From an uncultured Clostridia bacterium (GTDB lineage: Bacteria > Bacillota > Clostridia > Oscillospirales > Ruminococcaceae), in the NCBI GenBank assembly GCA_944385905.1, contig CALWZA010000019.1, positions 37,535 to 101,534 on the forward strand: DNA of 64,000 nt. The letters run 5' to 3'. The first letter of the stretch is position 1. Every line of letters starts with the position of its first letter. The position numbers and the translations under genes were made by a program. A model generated the notes under the pieces. It was not told where the DNA came from. It searched no databases and worked only from the letters and a program-made list of their open reading frames with translations. This document shows, one piece after another, positions 1 to 10,192 of this stretch.

Positions 1-3000
1 TGACCTTTAAAAGTTCGATTTGCTCAAACGGGGCAATCGGAGTGCCTATGCGTATCAGGCCGTTAGGGGCGACATGCGAGCACCAAGCCTTCAAAAGCTC
101 GGCAAAGCCGTGAGGGAGACCCTCGGATGAAAGGTCGATAAGGAAAATTCCAAGCTCAGGGTTCGGAATCTCGCCTCCGAGGCAGTGAAGAATATCGTTG
201 TACAGAATCCTGTCATATCCGCCCTTGTCGTCGTATAGGAATATAAGAGAGAAATTCACTCCGCAGAGCCTTAATGCACGGTGCGCTGAAATATAAGCCG
301 AAATTCTGGTATAGTCCTGAGGCTTTGTAACCTCCGCCAAAACGGCTGGCAGGTGAGTAGGAACAGACTGTTCCCACAGCGCTGATATAAAAAGGCTGTT
401 ATCTAAAGCAGAGGATACGGGAGAAGACGAATCCTTGATCGGGAAAAAGAGCTTCGGAAGAAGCTGTGAAGCAAGCCTGCCCTCGATTGATGAGTTTCTT
501 ATCGGCAAAAGAGCCGACGATGCAGGCTCACGGGAGTGTCTCAAAGCCTCGCAGCGCATAAGCGCTTCCTCTTCGTTTGCGCCGATTACAATAAACATAT
601 GAAGCTCGGAGGACGAGCGGGCAGGAAGCTTCACAGACGTCCTGATAAAAACGCACGGGTCGGGAACAGACGAGTAGTTTTTTCCCGTTGATTTCAGGTT
701 TGCGTAAGAAGAAAACAACGCCTTGATGTCCGTAAATTTTTCGCCTTGATTTTTAAAAACATCTTCTCTTGAGAGGTTTACCGTAAGCTCAGCGTCCTCA
801 AAAAAGCCTACTGCTGCGCATTCCGATGAGGTCGAGTCCTTGTAAAGCCTTTTGATTATAACGCACTTGTGGTCAAAGTTATAGCTCTCAGAAATAAACA
901 GTTTGTTATATGCAGGATGAGATATACTGTCTGTATATCTTTGCATACACGGTTCAAGGTAGTTTACGAGTGAAATTGAAAGCTCCTCGGAGGTTTCGTT
1001 TTTAAAGGCGAACTGACGGATTTCGCAGGGCAGAGAGCTGTGAAGCCGAACTTTTTCTCCGCAGGTAAAGTCCTTTGACGAAAGAAAATAGGAGCAGTAG
1101 TCCTCTCCGAATTCAGAGCCGAGCTCGTAATCGGGGCTGTTTGTTTTTCCCGATGGCAGAAGTGTCATGGGATATACTCTTTCACCGCATAAAACAGCTG
1201 AAAAAACCCCGCCCGGTTTTCTTATAAGGTCGGTGCTTCGGATATAAACGTCCTTTTCCCTGTATACGGCGAACGACGAGCCGACGTCGGTCAGAATAAG
1301 CGAGTACTCACCGTTTGAGAGCAGCTTTACACGCGGAAGAACAGGGGAGAGAACATCGAAAAAATCGGGCTCTGAGGCTTCCTCGTTTTCACGGTTTATG
1401 CCCGAGCGTCTTGAAACGTCCTCGAATATAACCGAGCCGAGAAGAGGTTTTTCCTCGATAAGCTCTCTTGCGGCCGCCATTTTCCCGTCGGACATAAACC
1501 TTCTTGACATAATGCGGTCGGACAAGGTGTTTGCGACCGACAGAATGCTCATTCCGACATGGTGAGCCATGTAGCTTTTAATTATCATTCCGTCCTTCGC
1601 GCCGTGAGAAAAATCAATCGCCTCATAGTAGCCGTATTTGCCGAGAGGACAGTATTTTTTTATGCTTTCAAGGTTTTTCAAAGCGGTTTTGGTGAAAATC
1701 GGAAGAGTCAGATAGGTTGAATAGGGGGATATTACAAACTCGCTGTCAAGACCTCTTTTCAAGCCCGTTTTCTGAACTCCGTGAGCCTTGTACTGGTAAT
1801 TCAGAGCTGAGTCAAAAGCGTAATAGCCGCTTTCCGAAACTCCGTAGGGCTTGTCCTTTCCGACAGAATCCGCCCTTCGCTTCTGGCAATGCAGACAGTA
1901 CGCTATGCTTTCATAAATCAACGAGCCTTGTTCGCTGTTTATGAGAATTTCGGGCATAAAGTATTCAAACATAGTGCCGTTATATGAAACCGCTCCGGAA
2001 AACGCTCCGTTTCTGGTCATTGTTCTTCCAAGCTTGTTCCAATGCGTAACGGGAACCTGATGGGTTGCGACAGCGAAATATGAGGTCATTCTCGCCTCGC
2101 TCATAAGCAGGTCATAGTGGTTTTTATCCCGTTTTTCGGTTTCAGCGTTTATACCAATTGTAAAAAGACCGACTGATTTATCAAACAGTATAGACAAATC
2201 GGTATCCGAAATAAGCTTTTCAAGCCGTTTAATCAGGTTTTCGGTTTCGGGATAGTCGGAAAGACCCTGTTTGAGAGCGGTCAGACAGCAGACGAAGTTT
2301 CCGCTGTCAACGGTGGAAACGTATGCCGGGCGGCAGACTGAGAGGGTTTGCGTGTCATACCAGTTGTATAAGTTGCCGTGATATTTTTCAAGGCGCTCGA
2401 CTGTTGAAACCGAGGCGTTTAGCCGCCTGAGCATAGCGCCGTGGGAAATAAGCCTGAAATCAGCCGCGGCAAGCACCGAAAGCAGATAAAGACCTATATT
2501 TGTGGGCGATGTGCGGTGAGCGATGCGGTAGACAGGAGCGAACTGAACGTTGTCGGGGGGAAGATAGTTATCGGCGGCGTTGGCGAAATCGGCGTAAAAT
2601 TTCCACATAGCGGCAAGCTGCGAAGTGAGTGAAGAGGTGTCCTCGGCGGAAAGCCGCTGAGAGGGGCTTACAAAGCCGGGCGGTTTTGCGAGATACATTA
2701 AAACAGCAGGTGAGATGAAGAAAATAAGCCCGATAAGCCTTATCAGCCCGAAAGGTGAGAAAATCAGGGCGAGGCACAGCGCCTGATGAACGATAAACCA
2801 AATCAGCGAATTTGTATTAACAGAAGAGCTTAAACGGTCGGCGTGGTCGGCGGTCGTCCATTCAAGCAGGTTTTTTTTGGTTATCAAAAGCCGAAAAAGC
2901 GAGACCGAAACCGCACGAAGCGATGCGAGAGCGTATTTCGGGAGGAGAATAAACTGAACCGACGCACTGAAAAGAATTTCGGAGGTCGTTGAAATAACGG

Positions 3001-5089
3001 GGGAGTAAAAACGCCTTGAAAGAGAATAAAACCTTGAGTCTATAAGGGAGCGGGCAAAGGAAAAAACCGGCGGAAGAAAAAATGTTGAAAGAAACACGGC
3101 GGCTAAAACCTTCGCGGCATGAGAAGGCAGAACAAAGCTCAGAAAAAGCATGAAAAACTGAAAAATAGGCGTAACTGCCCGCCTTGCGTTGTCTGAAAGC
3201 TTGTATCTGTCAAGAGTAGTCAGCTCAAGGCTTTTTCCGTACGCGTACGGGAGATTTTGAATATCGCCCCTTATCCATCTGTCGAGTCTTTTGAAATAGC
3301 TTGAAACCGTTTTGGGAAAGGTTTCGGTAAAGCATATGTCCGAGGCATAGGCGGTGCGCAGAAGGGCTCCCTCAAGGATATCGTGGGAGAGTATTTTTTC
3401 GTGAGGAAAAACGTCTTTGCAGCATTTAAGATAGCATTTTACGTCGATAAGCCCTTTTCCGCAGAAAATACCCTCGGAAAAAACGTCCTGATAGAGATTT
3501 GCGCTCATTGTGTCATAGGCGGTTGTAGAGCCTGTTCCGCCGACAGCCTTTGTAAACGGCGAGCGCAGGGAGCTTTTAAGGGTCGTAACCACTCTGGGAG
3601 ATATGATTCCGTAGCCGCTTTCGATTCTTTTTCCGCTTTTTGATAAAACAGGCCGGTTAAGAGGGTGCAGAGCAATTGAAACCAATCCCGCCGCGCTTTC
3701 CATGTGAGGTCTTGTATCAAAATCGAGAGCGAGGAAAAAATCAGCGCCGATAACGCTTTGGGAGTTTCCGAAAACAGAGGAAAAGCTGTTGTCAGGCAAG
3801 GAGCCGGCAAAGCGCATAAGAGCTTCGACAGCGCCTCTTTTCCGCTCTTTTCCCATAAACACGCCTTGGGTTTTTGAATAAACCCTTTTTCTCACAAACG
3901 CCGAAAAATAGTTTCCGTATTCATTGTTAAGAGCGCTTACGGCATTTTCAAGAGCTGATTTTATCGCGCTGTCGTCGGGCAGAGAATCGGATTTTCCGTG
4001 CTTTAAATCGCACAGAGCGCATACGAAAATGTTTTTCTCGCTGTTTGTAAGACGGATATCCGCAAGGCGTTTTTTAAGCTCGTCAACGCTTTCGATATCG
4101 GAAAGAAGTGTTGATAAAACGATTACGGTTTTTGAGTTTAAAACGCCGGAGCTTGTGTTTGAAAGCCTCGGAAGATAGGTGATTTCATGACCGTTTAATA
4201 GAAAGAAATCGAAAAGCGGCTTAACTGCGGCATATACGGTAACGGGAAAAACCGGCGCAAGCCACCAGACTCGTGCGTAAAGCGCACAAACCGCCGATAC
4301 GGCAAAGGAAAAAAGCAAAAGCGACAATCTGTAAAAGCGAGGGGATATTGAGGGAAAGAGCCGCTTATATTCCTCAAAAACGCAAAACCCGACGTGCCGG
4401 TTTTCCTTTTTCGCCTGCTCAATAAAGCCCGAAGCCGCCGCAAGCTCGCCGTCGCCTCGTTTTTGAGCTATCCTTGAGGTCAAAAGCCTGTAAAGGCGCT
4501 TGGTCGGAGCGTTCATTTCCGCATAGTCTCCGGTTGGGTCGTTTGAAAAGACCTCCTCAAGGGGATTGAGCTTAGCATTGATACTGTCTGTATTAAGCGA
4601 GCGCAGAGAGTTCAGCAAAACGACAATCTGCATCGCGGAAAGTGAGGTCGGGGACTGCGAAGAAGACTCGGAAAATAAATTCGCAAGGGCGTTTACAGCT
4701 GCGCAGGAAAATTGAAATTCCAAAAGCTCAAGTTCGGCGTTTGAAACATATCTTCGCGTTTTAACCTCATTTATTGCCCTGATTATGCTTTCCTCCTCAG
4801 GAAATCCGTCCTCCTCCTCGCACAGTGAAAACAGCAGCGCGCCTAGCAGGGGAACCCCCTTTTCACCCTTTGGCAGGAGAATATTTTTATCTACTTTGAG
4901 TAATAATTTGCACTTATTTTGCAGTAAGTAGAAATTATCAAGCAAAACGATTTCGTTTTCGCTTTCGGGAGTCCTTTGAGAAAGCTTTGAAAACAGCTTT
5001 TGAAGGGATGAGAGGTTTTCTGAAAGGACTTTTTGAAAAGCCTTGACACGGACATAATTTTCTTCGGATAATGATACAGAAGTCGTCAT
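1..5089 (-). CDS. Cyclic beta-1,2-glucan synthase-like multidomain protein (membrane GT domain + alpha/alpha-barrel glucan domain + GH94-like region). The 3' end runs off the window.
   Basis: It is absent from the ORF track because no stop codon lies in the window. Hand translation of the minus strand from the ATG at 5089-5087 (RBS AAAGGAAA upstream) stays open for all 1696 codons. It has hydrophobic TM stretches and the motifs LALDFDT, ILSHDILEG, GNLYNWYDTQTL..YVSTVDSGN and HPAYNKLFI, which I associate with Cgs/NdvB/ChvB and GH94 proteins. Confidence 0.75.
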   Translation of the reverse strand, partial: MTTSVSLSEENYVRVKAFQKVLSENLSSLQKLFSKLSQRTPESENEIVLLDNFYLLQNKCKLLLKVDKNILLPKGEKGVPLLGALLFSLCEEEDGFPEEESIIRAINEVKTRRYVSNAELELLEFQFSCAAVNALANLFSESSSQSPTSLSAMQIVVLLNSLRSLNTDSINAKLNPLEEVFSNDPTGDYAEMNAPTKRLYRLLTSRIAQKRGDGELAAASGFIEQAKKENRHVGFCVFEEYKRLFPSISPRFYRLSLLLFSFAVSAVCALYARVWWLAPVFPVTVYAAVKPLFDFFLLNGHEITYLPRLSNTSSGVLNSKTVIVLSTLLSDIESVDELKKRLADIRLTNSEKNIFVCALCDLKHGKSDSLPDDSAIKSALENAVSALNNEYGNYFSAFVRKRVYSKTQGVFMGKERKRGAVEALMRFAGSLPDNSFSSVFGNSQSVIGADFFLALDFDTRPHMESAAGLVSIALHPLNRPVLSKSGKRIESGYGIISPRVVTTLKSSLRSPFTKAVGGTGSTTAYDTMSANLYQDVFSEGIFCGKGLIDVKCYLKCCKDVFPHEKILSHDILEGALLRTAYASDICFTETFPKTVSSYFKRLDRWIRGDIQNLPYAYGKSLELTTLDRYKLSDNARRAVTPIFQFFMLFLSFVLPSHAAKVLAAVFLSTFFLPPVFSFARSLIDSRFYSLSRRFYSPVISTTSEILFSASVQFILLPKYALASLRAVSVSLFRLLITKKNLLEWTTADHADRLSSSVNTNSLIWFIVHQALCLALIFSPFGLIRLIGLIFFISPAVLMYLAKPPGFVSPSQRLSAEDTSSLTSQLAAMWKFYADFANAADNYLPPDNVQFAPVYRIAHRTSPTNIGLYLLSVLAAADFRLISHGAMLRRLNASVSTVERLEKYHGNLYNWYDTQTLSVCRPAYVSTVDSGNFVCCLTALKQGLSDYPETENLIKRLEKLISDTDLSILFDKSVGLFTIGINAETEKRDKNHYDLLMSEARMTSYFAVATHQVPVTHWNKLGRTMTRNGAFSGAVSYNGTMFEYFMPEILINSEQGSLIYESIAYCLHCQKRRADSVGKDKPYGVSESGYYAFDSALNYQYKAHGVQKTGLKRGLDSEFVISPYSTYLTLPIFTKTALKNLESIKKYCPLGKYGYYEAIDFSHGAKDGMIIKSYMAHHVGMSILSVANTLSDRIMSRRFMSDGKMAAARELIEEKPLLGSVIFEDVSRRSGINRENEEASEPDFFDVLSPVLPRVKLLSNGEYSLILTDVGSSFAVYREKDVYIRSTDLIRKPGGVFSAVLCGERVYPMTLLPSGKTNSPDYELGSEFGEDYCSYFLSSKDFTCGEKVRLHSSLPCEIRQFAFKNETSEELSISLVNYLEPCMQRYTDSISHPAYNKLFISESYNFDHKCVIIKRLYKDSTSSECAAVGFFEDAELTVNLSREDVFKNQGEKFTDIKALFSSYANLKSTGKNYSSVPDPCVFIRTSVKLPARSSSELHMFIVIGANEEEALMRCEALRHSREPASSALLPIRNSSIEGRLASQLLPKLFFPIKDSSSPVSSALDNSLFISALWEQSVPTHLPAVLAEVTKPQDYTRISAYISAHRALRLCGVNFSLIFLYDDKGGYDRILYNDILHCLGGEIPNPELGIFLIDLSSEGLPHGFAELLKAWCSHVAPNGLIRIGTPIAPFEQIELLKV

Positions 5090-5093
5090 GATA

Positions 5094-6086
5094 TTAATTT
5101 CCTTTCCGAAAAGAGTTGTTCTTTTCAAAAGAGCAGAGAAGAGCGGAGGCGATAAAGCCTGCCGATTTTATCGGAGAATATTTGAGATATCCGCCCGAAA
5201 AAAGCGCATAGGCAAGCGCAATTCCGCTGAGAGAATCGGTTTTTGTATATTTTCTTATGACGGCAAGCGAGCGTTTAGGAAGAGACCCCGAAAACTTTTC
5301 GTAAAAAGCTTTTGCGTTTTTACAGCTTATTTTTCGGGAAATATTAACAGAGCTCAGCGTAGTTGCTTTTGAATACGCCCCGACTGCGTTTGATTCGTGC
5401 TGTCTGTATAAAACGAGAGGGCGTGGTATATACCATATTCTGCCCATAGATGAGGCTATCAGAGCCGCCCACCAGTCGTGCATGGCGGCGTTTTCGGGCA
5501 TGTCTTTTAAAAGATTAAACAGCGGACGGTTAAAAAGGCATGTACAGCCCGTAACCGAGTTTTCGCACAAAAGATTGTTAAGTGATGGGTTAGGATTCAA
5601 GCCTTTAAAGGAGATAAAAGAGGGATAAAGCTCGGCAAGCCTTTTATCGCAGATCATAAGGTCTGAATGAACGAGCAGAGGCTTTGAGACGCCGAAGCGG
5701 CGCTCAAGACAGCGCATAAGCGTAACCTGATTTGAAAGCTTTGTTTTAACCCAAACGTCGTCCTGGTCGCAGAAGGCGAAATACCGAGCGTCTGAGGGTA
5801 CCGAGTCAATAAGCCTCGCGTAGGCTTTTTTTGCCGAGCCGCAGGGTTTTTCAAACCGGATAACCGACATTTTCCCCGGATATTTCATGCAAAAAGCGCT
5901 TAAAACAGCAAAGCTTTTGTCCTCAGAGCAGTCGTCGGCGGCACTGATGTGAAAATCCTTAAACGACTGGTTAAAAACCGATTCAAGCTGTTTTGCCAGA
6001 TATTTTTCACCGTTTTTTACGCATAAAAGTATTTCAACACTTATCATACTTGACACAGCATATCCTTTCCGATTTTTGTCTTTCAT
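5094..6086 (-). CDS. Family 2 glycosyltransferase (rhamnosyltransferase-like).
   Basis: 330-aa ORF with the GT-A signatures ILLCVKNGEKYL..SVFNQSF and FCDQDDVW. The likelier start is MISVEILL at 6047. Its stop lies 4 nt from the start of the glucan-synthase-like gene. Confidence 0.8.
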   Translation of the reverse strand: MKDKNRKGYAVSSMISVEILLCVKNGEKYLAKQLESVFNQSFKDFHISAADDCSEDKSFAVLSAFCMKYPGKMSVIRFEKPCGSAKKAYARLIDSVPSDARYFAFCDQDDVWVKTKLSNQVTLMRCLERRFGVSKPLLVHSDLMICDKRLAELYPSFISFKGLNPNPSLNNLLCENSVTGCTCLFNRPLFNLLKDMPENAAMHDWWAALIASSMGRIWYIPRPLVLYRQHESNAVGAYSKATTLSSVNISRKISCKNAKAFYEKFSGSLPKRSLAVIRKYTKTDSLSGIALAYALFSGGYLKYSPIKSAGFIASALLCSFEKNNSFRKGN

Positions 6087-6939
6087 GTATGCAAAGCAGG
6101 GAAAGCCTTAAAATCAGCATAGCGAGAATTGAAACGCTCACAAGGTTTGATACAAGCCTCGGATATTTGTCAATGAGATTTAAGCGGTAATATATCAGCA
6201 TTGAGCGGTAAAACTCGCATACTGCTCTTTTGTTTCCCTTTTTAACTCCGCTTTTGCCCTTAAAGTGAATATACTGAGCTTTCGGACAGTACAGTATTTT
6301 GCCGCCGTTTTGCTTTATGCGAAAGCAAAGGTCAACATCCTCGCCGTAGAGAAAATATTCCTCTCTAAAGCCTCCGAGAGAGCGGAACTTATCCTGCTTT
6401 ATCATAAAATACGCTCCCGAAATCGCCTCGACAAATGCGGCTTTGCGTTCGGGAAGATATGTCATGTGATAGCCTCCGCAGACAGGGCAGTTTTGAAAAA
6501 CCGTGTCAAGCTTTAAAAAATAGCAGAGTGAGTTTAAAGGCGTGGGAAGACCTCTTTTGCATCCCTTGTCAAGACTGCCGTCGGGCAGCTTTCCCCTTGC
6601 GCCGACAGCGAAGAGGGAATCGTCCCGCATAAGCCTTTTTGCGGTCAGGTCTATACACTCTGCCAAAACCACCGTGTCCGAATTCAAAAACAGCAAAACG
6701 TCTCCCTTTGCCTGTTCGGCGCCGAGATTGCAGCCGCTTGAAAAGCCGAGATTTTTACTGTATATCAGCTTGCATAAGGGAACGTCGGAGCGCAAAAGCC
6801 GCCCCTTTTCTGATTCCGTGTTGTCAACGATGATTACTTCAAAAGGACTTTTGACGGTTGAAAAAATCGAGTTTACACAGTTTAAAGTCAGCTTTTTCGT
6901 GCCGTGATTGATAATTATAATGGAAATCAGCATACTCAA
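6034..6939 (-). CDS. Family 2 glycosyltransferase.
   Basis: 301-aa ORF with ISIIIINHG..VIIVDN..NLGFSSGCNLG..LFLNSDT..YGEDVDLCFR, a typical GT2/GT-A pattern. It overlaps the start of the next GT2 gene, which suggests translational coupling. Confidence 0.8.
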   Translation of the reverse strand: MSMLISIIIINHGTKKLTLNCVNSIFSTVKSPFEVIIVDNTESEKGRLLRSDVPLCKLIYSKNLGFSSGCNLGAEQAKGDVLLFLNSDTVVLAECIDLTAKRLMRDDSLFAVGARGKLPDGSLDKGCKRGLPTPLNSLCYFLKLDTVFQNCPVCGGYHMTYLPERKAAFVEAISGAYFMIKQDKFRSLGGFREEYFLYGEDVDLCFRIKQNGGKILYCPKAQYIHFKGKSGVKKGNKRAVCEFYRSMLIYYRLNLIDKYPRLVSNLVSVSILAMLILRLSLLCIHERQKSERICCVKYDKC

Positions 6940-7068
6940 GACCTCCGTTTTGGGATATTATGCCCGAAATACGAAAAAATATTGCAAACAAATTGCAATT
7001 TATGAGCGGCGGTGATATAATTAAAGGGATTATTAACGGTTTAAAGCAAAAATGAAAGGTTGATTATA

Positions 7069-8277
7069 ATGAAGTATGTAGTGCTGCTCTGCGACGGAAT
7101 GGCGGACTACCCGGTTGCCGAGCTTGGAAACAAAACCCCGATGGGAGCTTCAAAAACCCCGAACATGGATAAGCTTGCGAAAAAAAGCTATGTCGGGCTT
7201 GTAAAAACCGTCGCCGACAACATGAAGCCGGGAAGCGACGTAGCGAATTTGTCTGTTTTGGGCTATGACCCTCAGATTTACTATTCGGGCAGGTCGCCGC
7301 TTGAGGCAGGCTCAATAGGCATTGACATGAAGCCTACCGACGTTTCTTTCCGATGCAATCTCGTAACCCTTTCGGATGAGGAGAATTACAACGACAAGAC
7401 TATTATTGACTACTGCGCGGGGGATATTTCAACCGCCGAGGCAAAGGTGCTTATCGAATATCTCGCCGAGCATTTCAACAGCGAGGAGTTTCAGCTCTAT
7501 TCGGGAGTGAGCTACCGCCACTGCCTTATCTGGAACAACGGAACTCTTGATGTCGGAACCCTTACTCCTCCTCACGACATAACGGGCAAGCCTATAAAGG
7601 ACTATGTTCCGAAAGCCGAAAACGCAAAAAAGCTCAAGGAAATGATGGTAAAAAGCTATGAGCTTCTTAAAGACCATCCCGTGAACAAAGAGAGAATCGC
7701 GAAGGGCGAAAGACCGGCTAACTCAATGTGGTTTTGGGGAGAGGGAGTCAGAAAGCCGCTTATGCCGTTTGAGGAAAAATACGGACTTAAAGGCTCGATG
7801 ATTTCCGCTGTAGACCTTTTAAAGGGAATAGGCAAGTTTTCTGAAATGAGAGTTGTAAACGTCGAGGGCGCAACAGGCTATATAGACACAAACTTTGAGG
7901 GCAAGGCTCAGGCGTGCATAGACGAGCTTAAAAGCGGTCAGGATTTTGTTTATATTCATATTGAGGCTCCCGACGAGTGCGGACACAGGTTTGAGATTGA
8001 AAACAAGAAAAAGTCTATCGAGCTTATAGACGAAAAGGTTTTGGGACCTGTTTTGAAAGCGCTCGATACATACGACGACTACAAGGTGCTGATAATGCCC
8101 GACCACGCCACTCCTCTTGCGCTCAAAACTCACACAAACGACCTTATCCCGTTTTTGATGTATCACAAAAAAGGTGAAATTGACGGCGTCTGCGAGTTTA
8201 CCGAGGAAACAGCGAAGTCAACCGGCATTGTAATCGAGGACGGATATAACATTTTGAAATACTGGATTGAAAGATAA
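7069..8277 (+). CDS. apgM: Cofactor-independent phosphoglycerate mutase, archaeal-type (ApgM family).
   Basis: MKYVVLLCDGMADYP..KTPNMDKLA and HIEAPDECGH fit the metalloenzyme superfamily. The RBS GAAAGG lies 9 nt before the ATG at 7069; the track's start at 7060 is a TTG. Confidence 0.8.
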   Translation: MKYVVLLCDGMADYPVAELGNKTPMGASKTPNMDKLAKKSYVGLVKTVADNMKPGSDVANLSVLGYDPQIYYSGRSPLEAGSIGIDMKPTDVSFRCNLVTLSDEENYNDKTIIDYCAGDISTAEAKVLIEYLAEHFNSEEFQLYSGVSYRHCLIWNNGTLDVGTLTPPHDITGKPIKDYVPKAENAKKLKEMMVKSYELLKDHPVNKERIAKGERPANSMWFWGEGVRKPLMPFEEKYGLKGSMISAVDLLKGIGKFSEMRVVNVEGATGYIDTNFEGKAQACIDELKSGQDFVYIHIEAPDECGHRFEIENKKKSIELIDEKVLGPVLKALDTYDDYKVLIMPDHATPLALKTHTNDLIPFLMYHKKGEIDGVCEFTEETAKSTGIVIEDGYNILKYWIER

Positions 8278-8302
8278 ATCTGAAACGAAAGGAAAAACTT
8301 AA

Positions 8303-8572
8303 ATGAAAGCAGTAGTATCGGTAATCGGCAAGGATAACGTAGGAATATTGGCAAAGGTGGCCAACATATGCTCAGAGTATAACGGAAACGTGACAGAAGT
8401 GACTCAGTCGGTTCTCGACGACGTTTTCGCGATGATAATGCTTGTCGATATTACAAAGCTCAACAAACCTTTATCGGAGCTTTCGGACAGCATGACAAAG
8501 CTCGGAAAAGACCTCGGACTTTCAATTCATGTAATGCACGAGGACATTTTCAACTCTATGCACAGGATATAA
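8303..8572 (+). CDS. ACT domain protein (UPF0237 family).
   Basis: 89 aa, [19 protein letters not shown]... gives an ACT fold signature. It forms the conserved pair with the UPF0210 gene that follows. Confidence 0.75.
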   Translation: MKAVVSVIGKDNVGILAKVANICSEYNGNVTEVTQSVLDDVFAMIMLVDITKLNKPLSELSDSMTKLGKDLGLSIHVMHEDIFNSMHRI

Positions 8573-8585
8573 GGAGCCTCAGCCG

Positions 8586-9941
8586 ATGATAAACGTTTAC
8601 GACATACTTGAAACAATAAGGATGATTCAGGACGAATGTCTTGATATCAGAACAATTACAATGGGAATTTCCCTTCTCGACTGTATAGACAGCGATATCG
8701 ACGTTGCCTGCAAAAAGGTTTATGAAAAGATAACACGCTGTGCTAAAAACCTTGTTAAAATCGGGGAGGATATCGAAAAGGAATACGGTATCCCGATTAT
8801 CAACAAGAGAATATCCGTCACCCCTATCGCAATAATATCAGCCGCATGCGGATGCTCGCCGGTTAAGTTCGCGGTTGCTATGGATAAAGCCGCAGAGGCT
8901 GTCGGAGTAAACCTCATAGGAGGTTACTCGGCGCTTGTTCAAAAGGGCTTTTCCGCCGGAGACAGGGAGCTTATCGAGTCTATACCCGAGGCTCTCGCCT
9001 GCACAAACAGGGTCTGCTCGTCGGTAAATATCGGTTCGACAAAAACGGGTATCAACCTCGACGCCTGCAAAATCATGGGCAGAATAGTCAAGGAAGCCGC
9101 AGAAAAAACTGTTGACAACAACTGCTTCGGAGCGGCGAAGCTGGTTGTTTTCTGCAACGCCGTTGAGGATAATCCGTTTATGGCGGGAGCTTTCCACGGA
9201 GTCGGAGAGCCTGACTGCATAATCAATGTCGGAGTTTCCGGACCGGGAGTTGTAAGAGCCGCTTTGGCGAAGTATCCCGACGCCGATATAAACGAAATAT
9301 GCAATATAATCAAAAAGACTTCATATAAAATAACGAGAGTCGGTCAGCTTGTTGGCGTTACAGCTTCGGAAAGGCTCGGAGTTCCTTTCGGAATAGTTGA
9401 CCTTTCGCTTGCGCCTACTCCTGCGGTCGGAGACAGCGTTGCGCACATTCTTGAGGAAATCGGCCTTGAGCAGTGCGGAACCCACGGAACAACAGCTACA
9501 CTTGCTCTTTTAAACGACGCGGTTAAAAAGGGCGGAGTAATGGCTTGCTCGTCAATCGGAGGACTTTCGGGAGCGTTTATTCCCGTTTCGGAGGACGCAG
9601 GAATGATTGACGCCGCAAAGAGCGGCTGTCTGCTCATTGAAAAGCTCGAGGCCATGACGGCGGTTTGCTCGGTCGGACTCGATATGATAGTCGTTCCCGG
9701 AGATATTCCAAACGACACCATATCGGCGATTATCGCCGACGAAGCGGCTATCGGCATGGTAAACAACAAAACAACGGCTGTAAGAATTATACCGGCAATC
9801 GGAAAGCAGGAGGGCGAGGAGCTTGACTGGGGAGGACTTTTCGGATGCGGACCGGTTATGAAAATTAACTATAAATCAGCGTCTAAGTTTATAAACAGGG
9901 GCGGACAGATACCGGCACCTCTCCACAGCCTTAAAAATTAG
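8586..9941 (+). CDS. UPF0210/DUF711 family protein.
   Basis: 451 aa, with [14 protein letters not shown] near the N-terminus. RBS AAGGAG. It is the partner of the upstream ACT gene. Confidence 0.75.
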   Translation: MINVYDILETIRMIQDECLDIRTITMGISLLDCIDSDIDVACKKVYEKITRCAKNLVKIGEDIEKEYGIPIINKRISVTPIAIISAACGCSPVKFAVAMDKAAEAVGVNLIGGYSALVQKGFSAGDRELIESIPEALACTNRVCSSVNIGSTKTGINLDACKIMGRIVKEAAEKTVDNNCFGAAKLVVFCNAVEDNPFMAGAFHGVGEPDCIINVGVSGPGVVRAALAKYPDADINEICNIIKKTSYKITRVGQLVGVTASERLGVPFGIVDLSLAPTPAVGDSVAHILEEIGLEQCGTHGTTATLALLNDAVKKGGVMACSSIGGLSGAFIPVSEDAGMIDAAKSGCLLIEKLEAMTAVCSVGLDMIVVPGDIPNDTISAIIADEAAIGMVNNKTTAVRIIPAIGKQEGEELDWGGLFGCGPVMKINYKSASKFINRGGQIPAPLHSLKN

Positions 9942-10017
9942 ATTATCAGTTTGATTGACGCACACGCCTTATGCTTTAACATATTTCAAGTCGCCGAATA
10001 ATTACTGACAGTATAAA

Positions 10018-10034
10018 ATCGACAATTTTCGACA
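10018..10034 (+). promoter_or_regulatory. Two tandem Spo0A-box-like sites (ATCGACA at 10018-10024; TTCGACA at 10028-10034, the complement of TGTCGAA).
   Basis: TTCGACA is an exact reverse complement of the 0A-box consensus TGNCGAA. The neighbouring copy lies 10 bp (one helical turn) away. Both sit about 160 bp upstream of spo0A. Confidence 0.5.
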
Positions 10035-10122
10035 ATTTGTTGTAACGTATTTATCTGCTTGTATAAATTTGCCAATAAAAGGCATGGCGTTTTATGTAAA
10101 ACATGGAAATTTCAAAAAACAC

Positions 10123-10151
10123 TTGCATCATGTAATTTTATGTGGTAATAT
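10123..10151 (+). promoter_or_regulatory. SigmaA-type promoter of spo0A.
   Basis: TTGCAT, a 17-nt spacer, then TAATAT preceded by a TGg extended -10. It lies about 45 nt before the spo0A ATG. Confidence 0.5.
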
Positions 10152-10192
10152 ATGGAAGTACTAAACATCTATGACAAAACGGAGGCAGAGAT

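Noticed and set aside
1717-4443. Many 60-120-aa ORFs on both strands in the first 5 kb of the ORF track.
   Set aside because: They all lie in alternative frames inside the single long minus-strand reading frame (1..5089). That frame has clear enzyme motifs, and none of the small ORFs has a motif or an RBS.
10075-10112. Possible sigmaH-type sporulation promoter for spo0A (AAAGGCAT ... GAAAT).
   Set aside because: The distance between the -35-like AGG and the -10-like GAAT is about 23 nt, well outside the sigmaH spacing.
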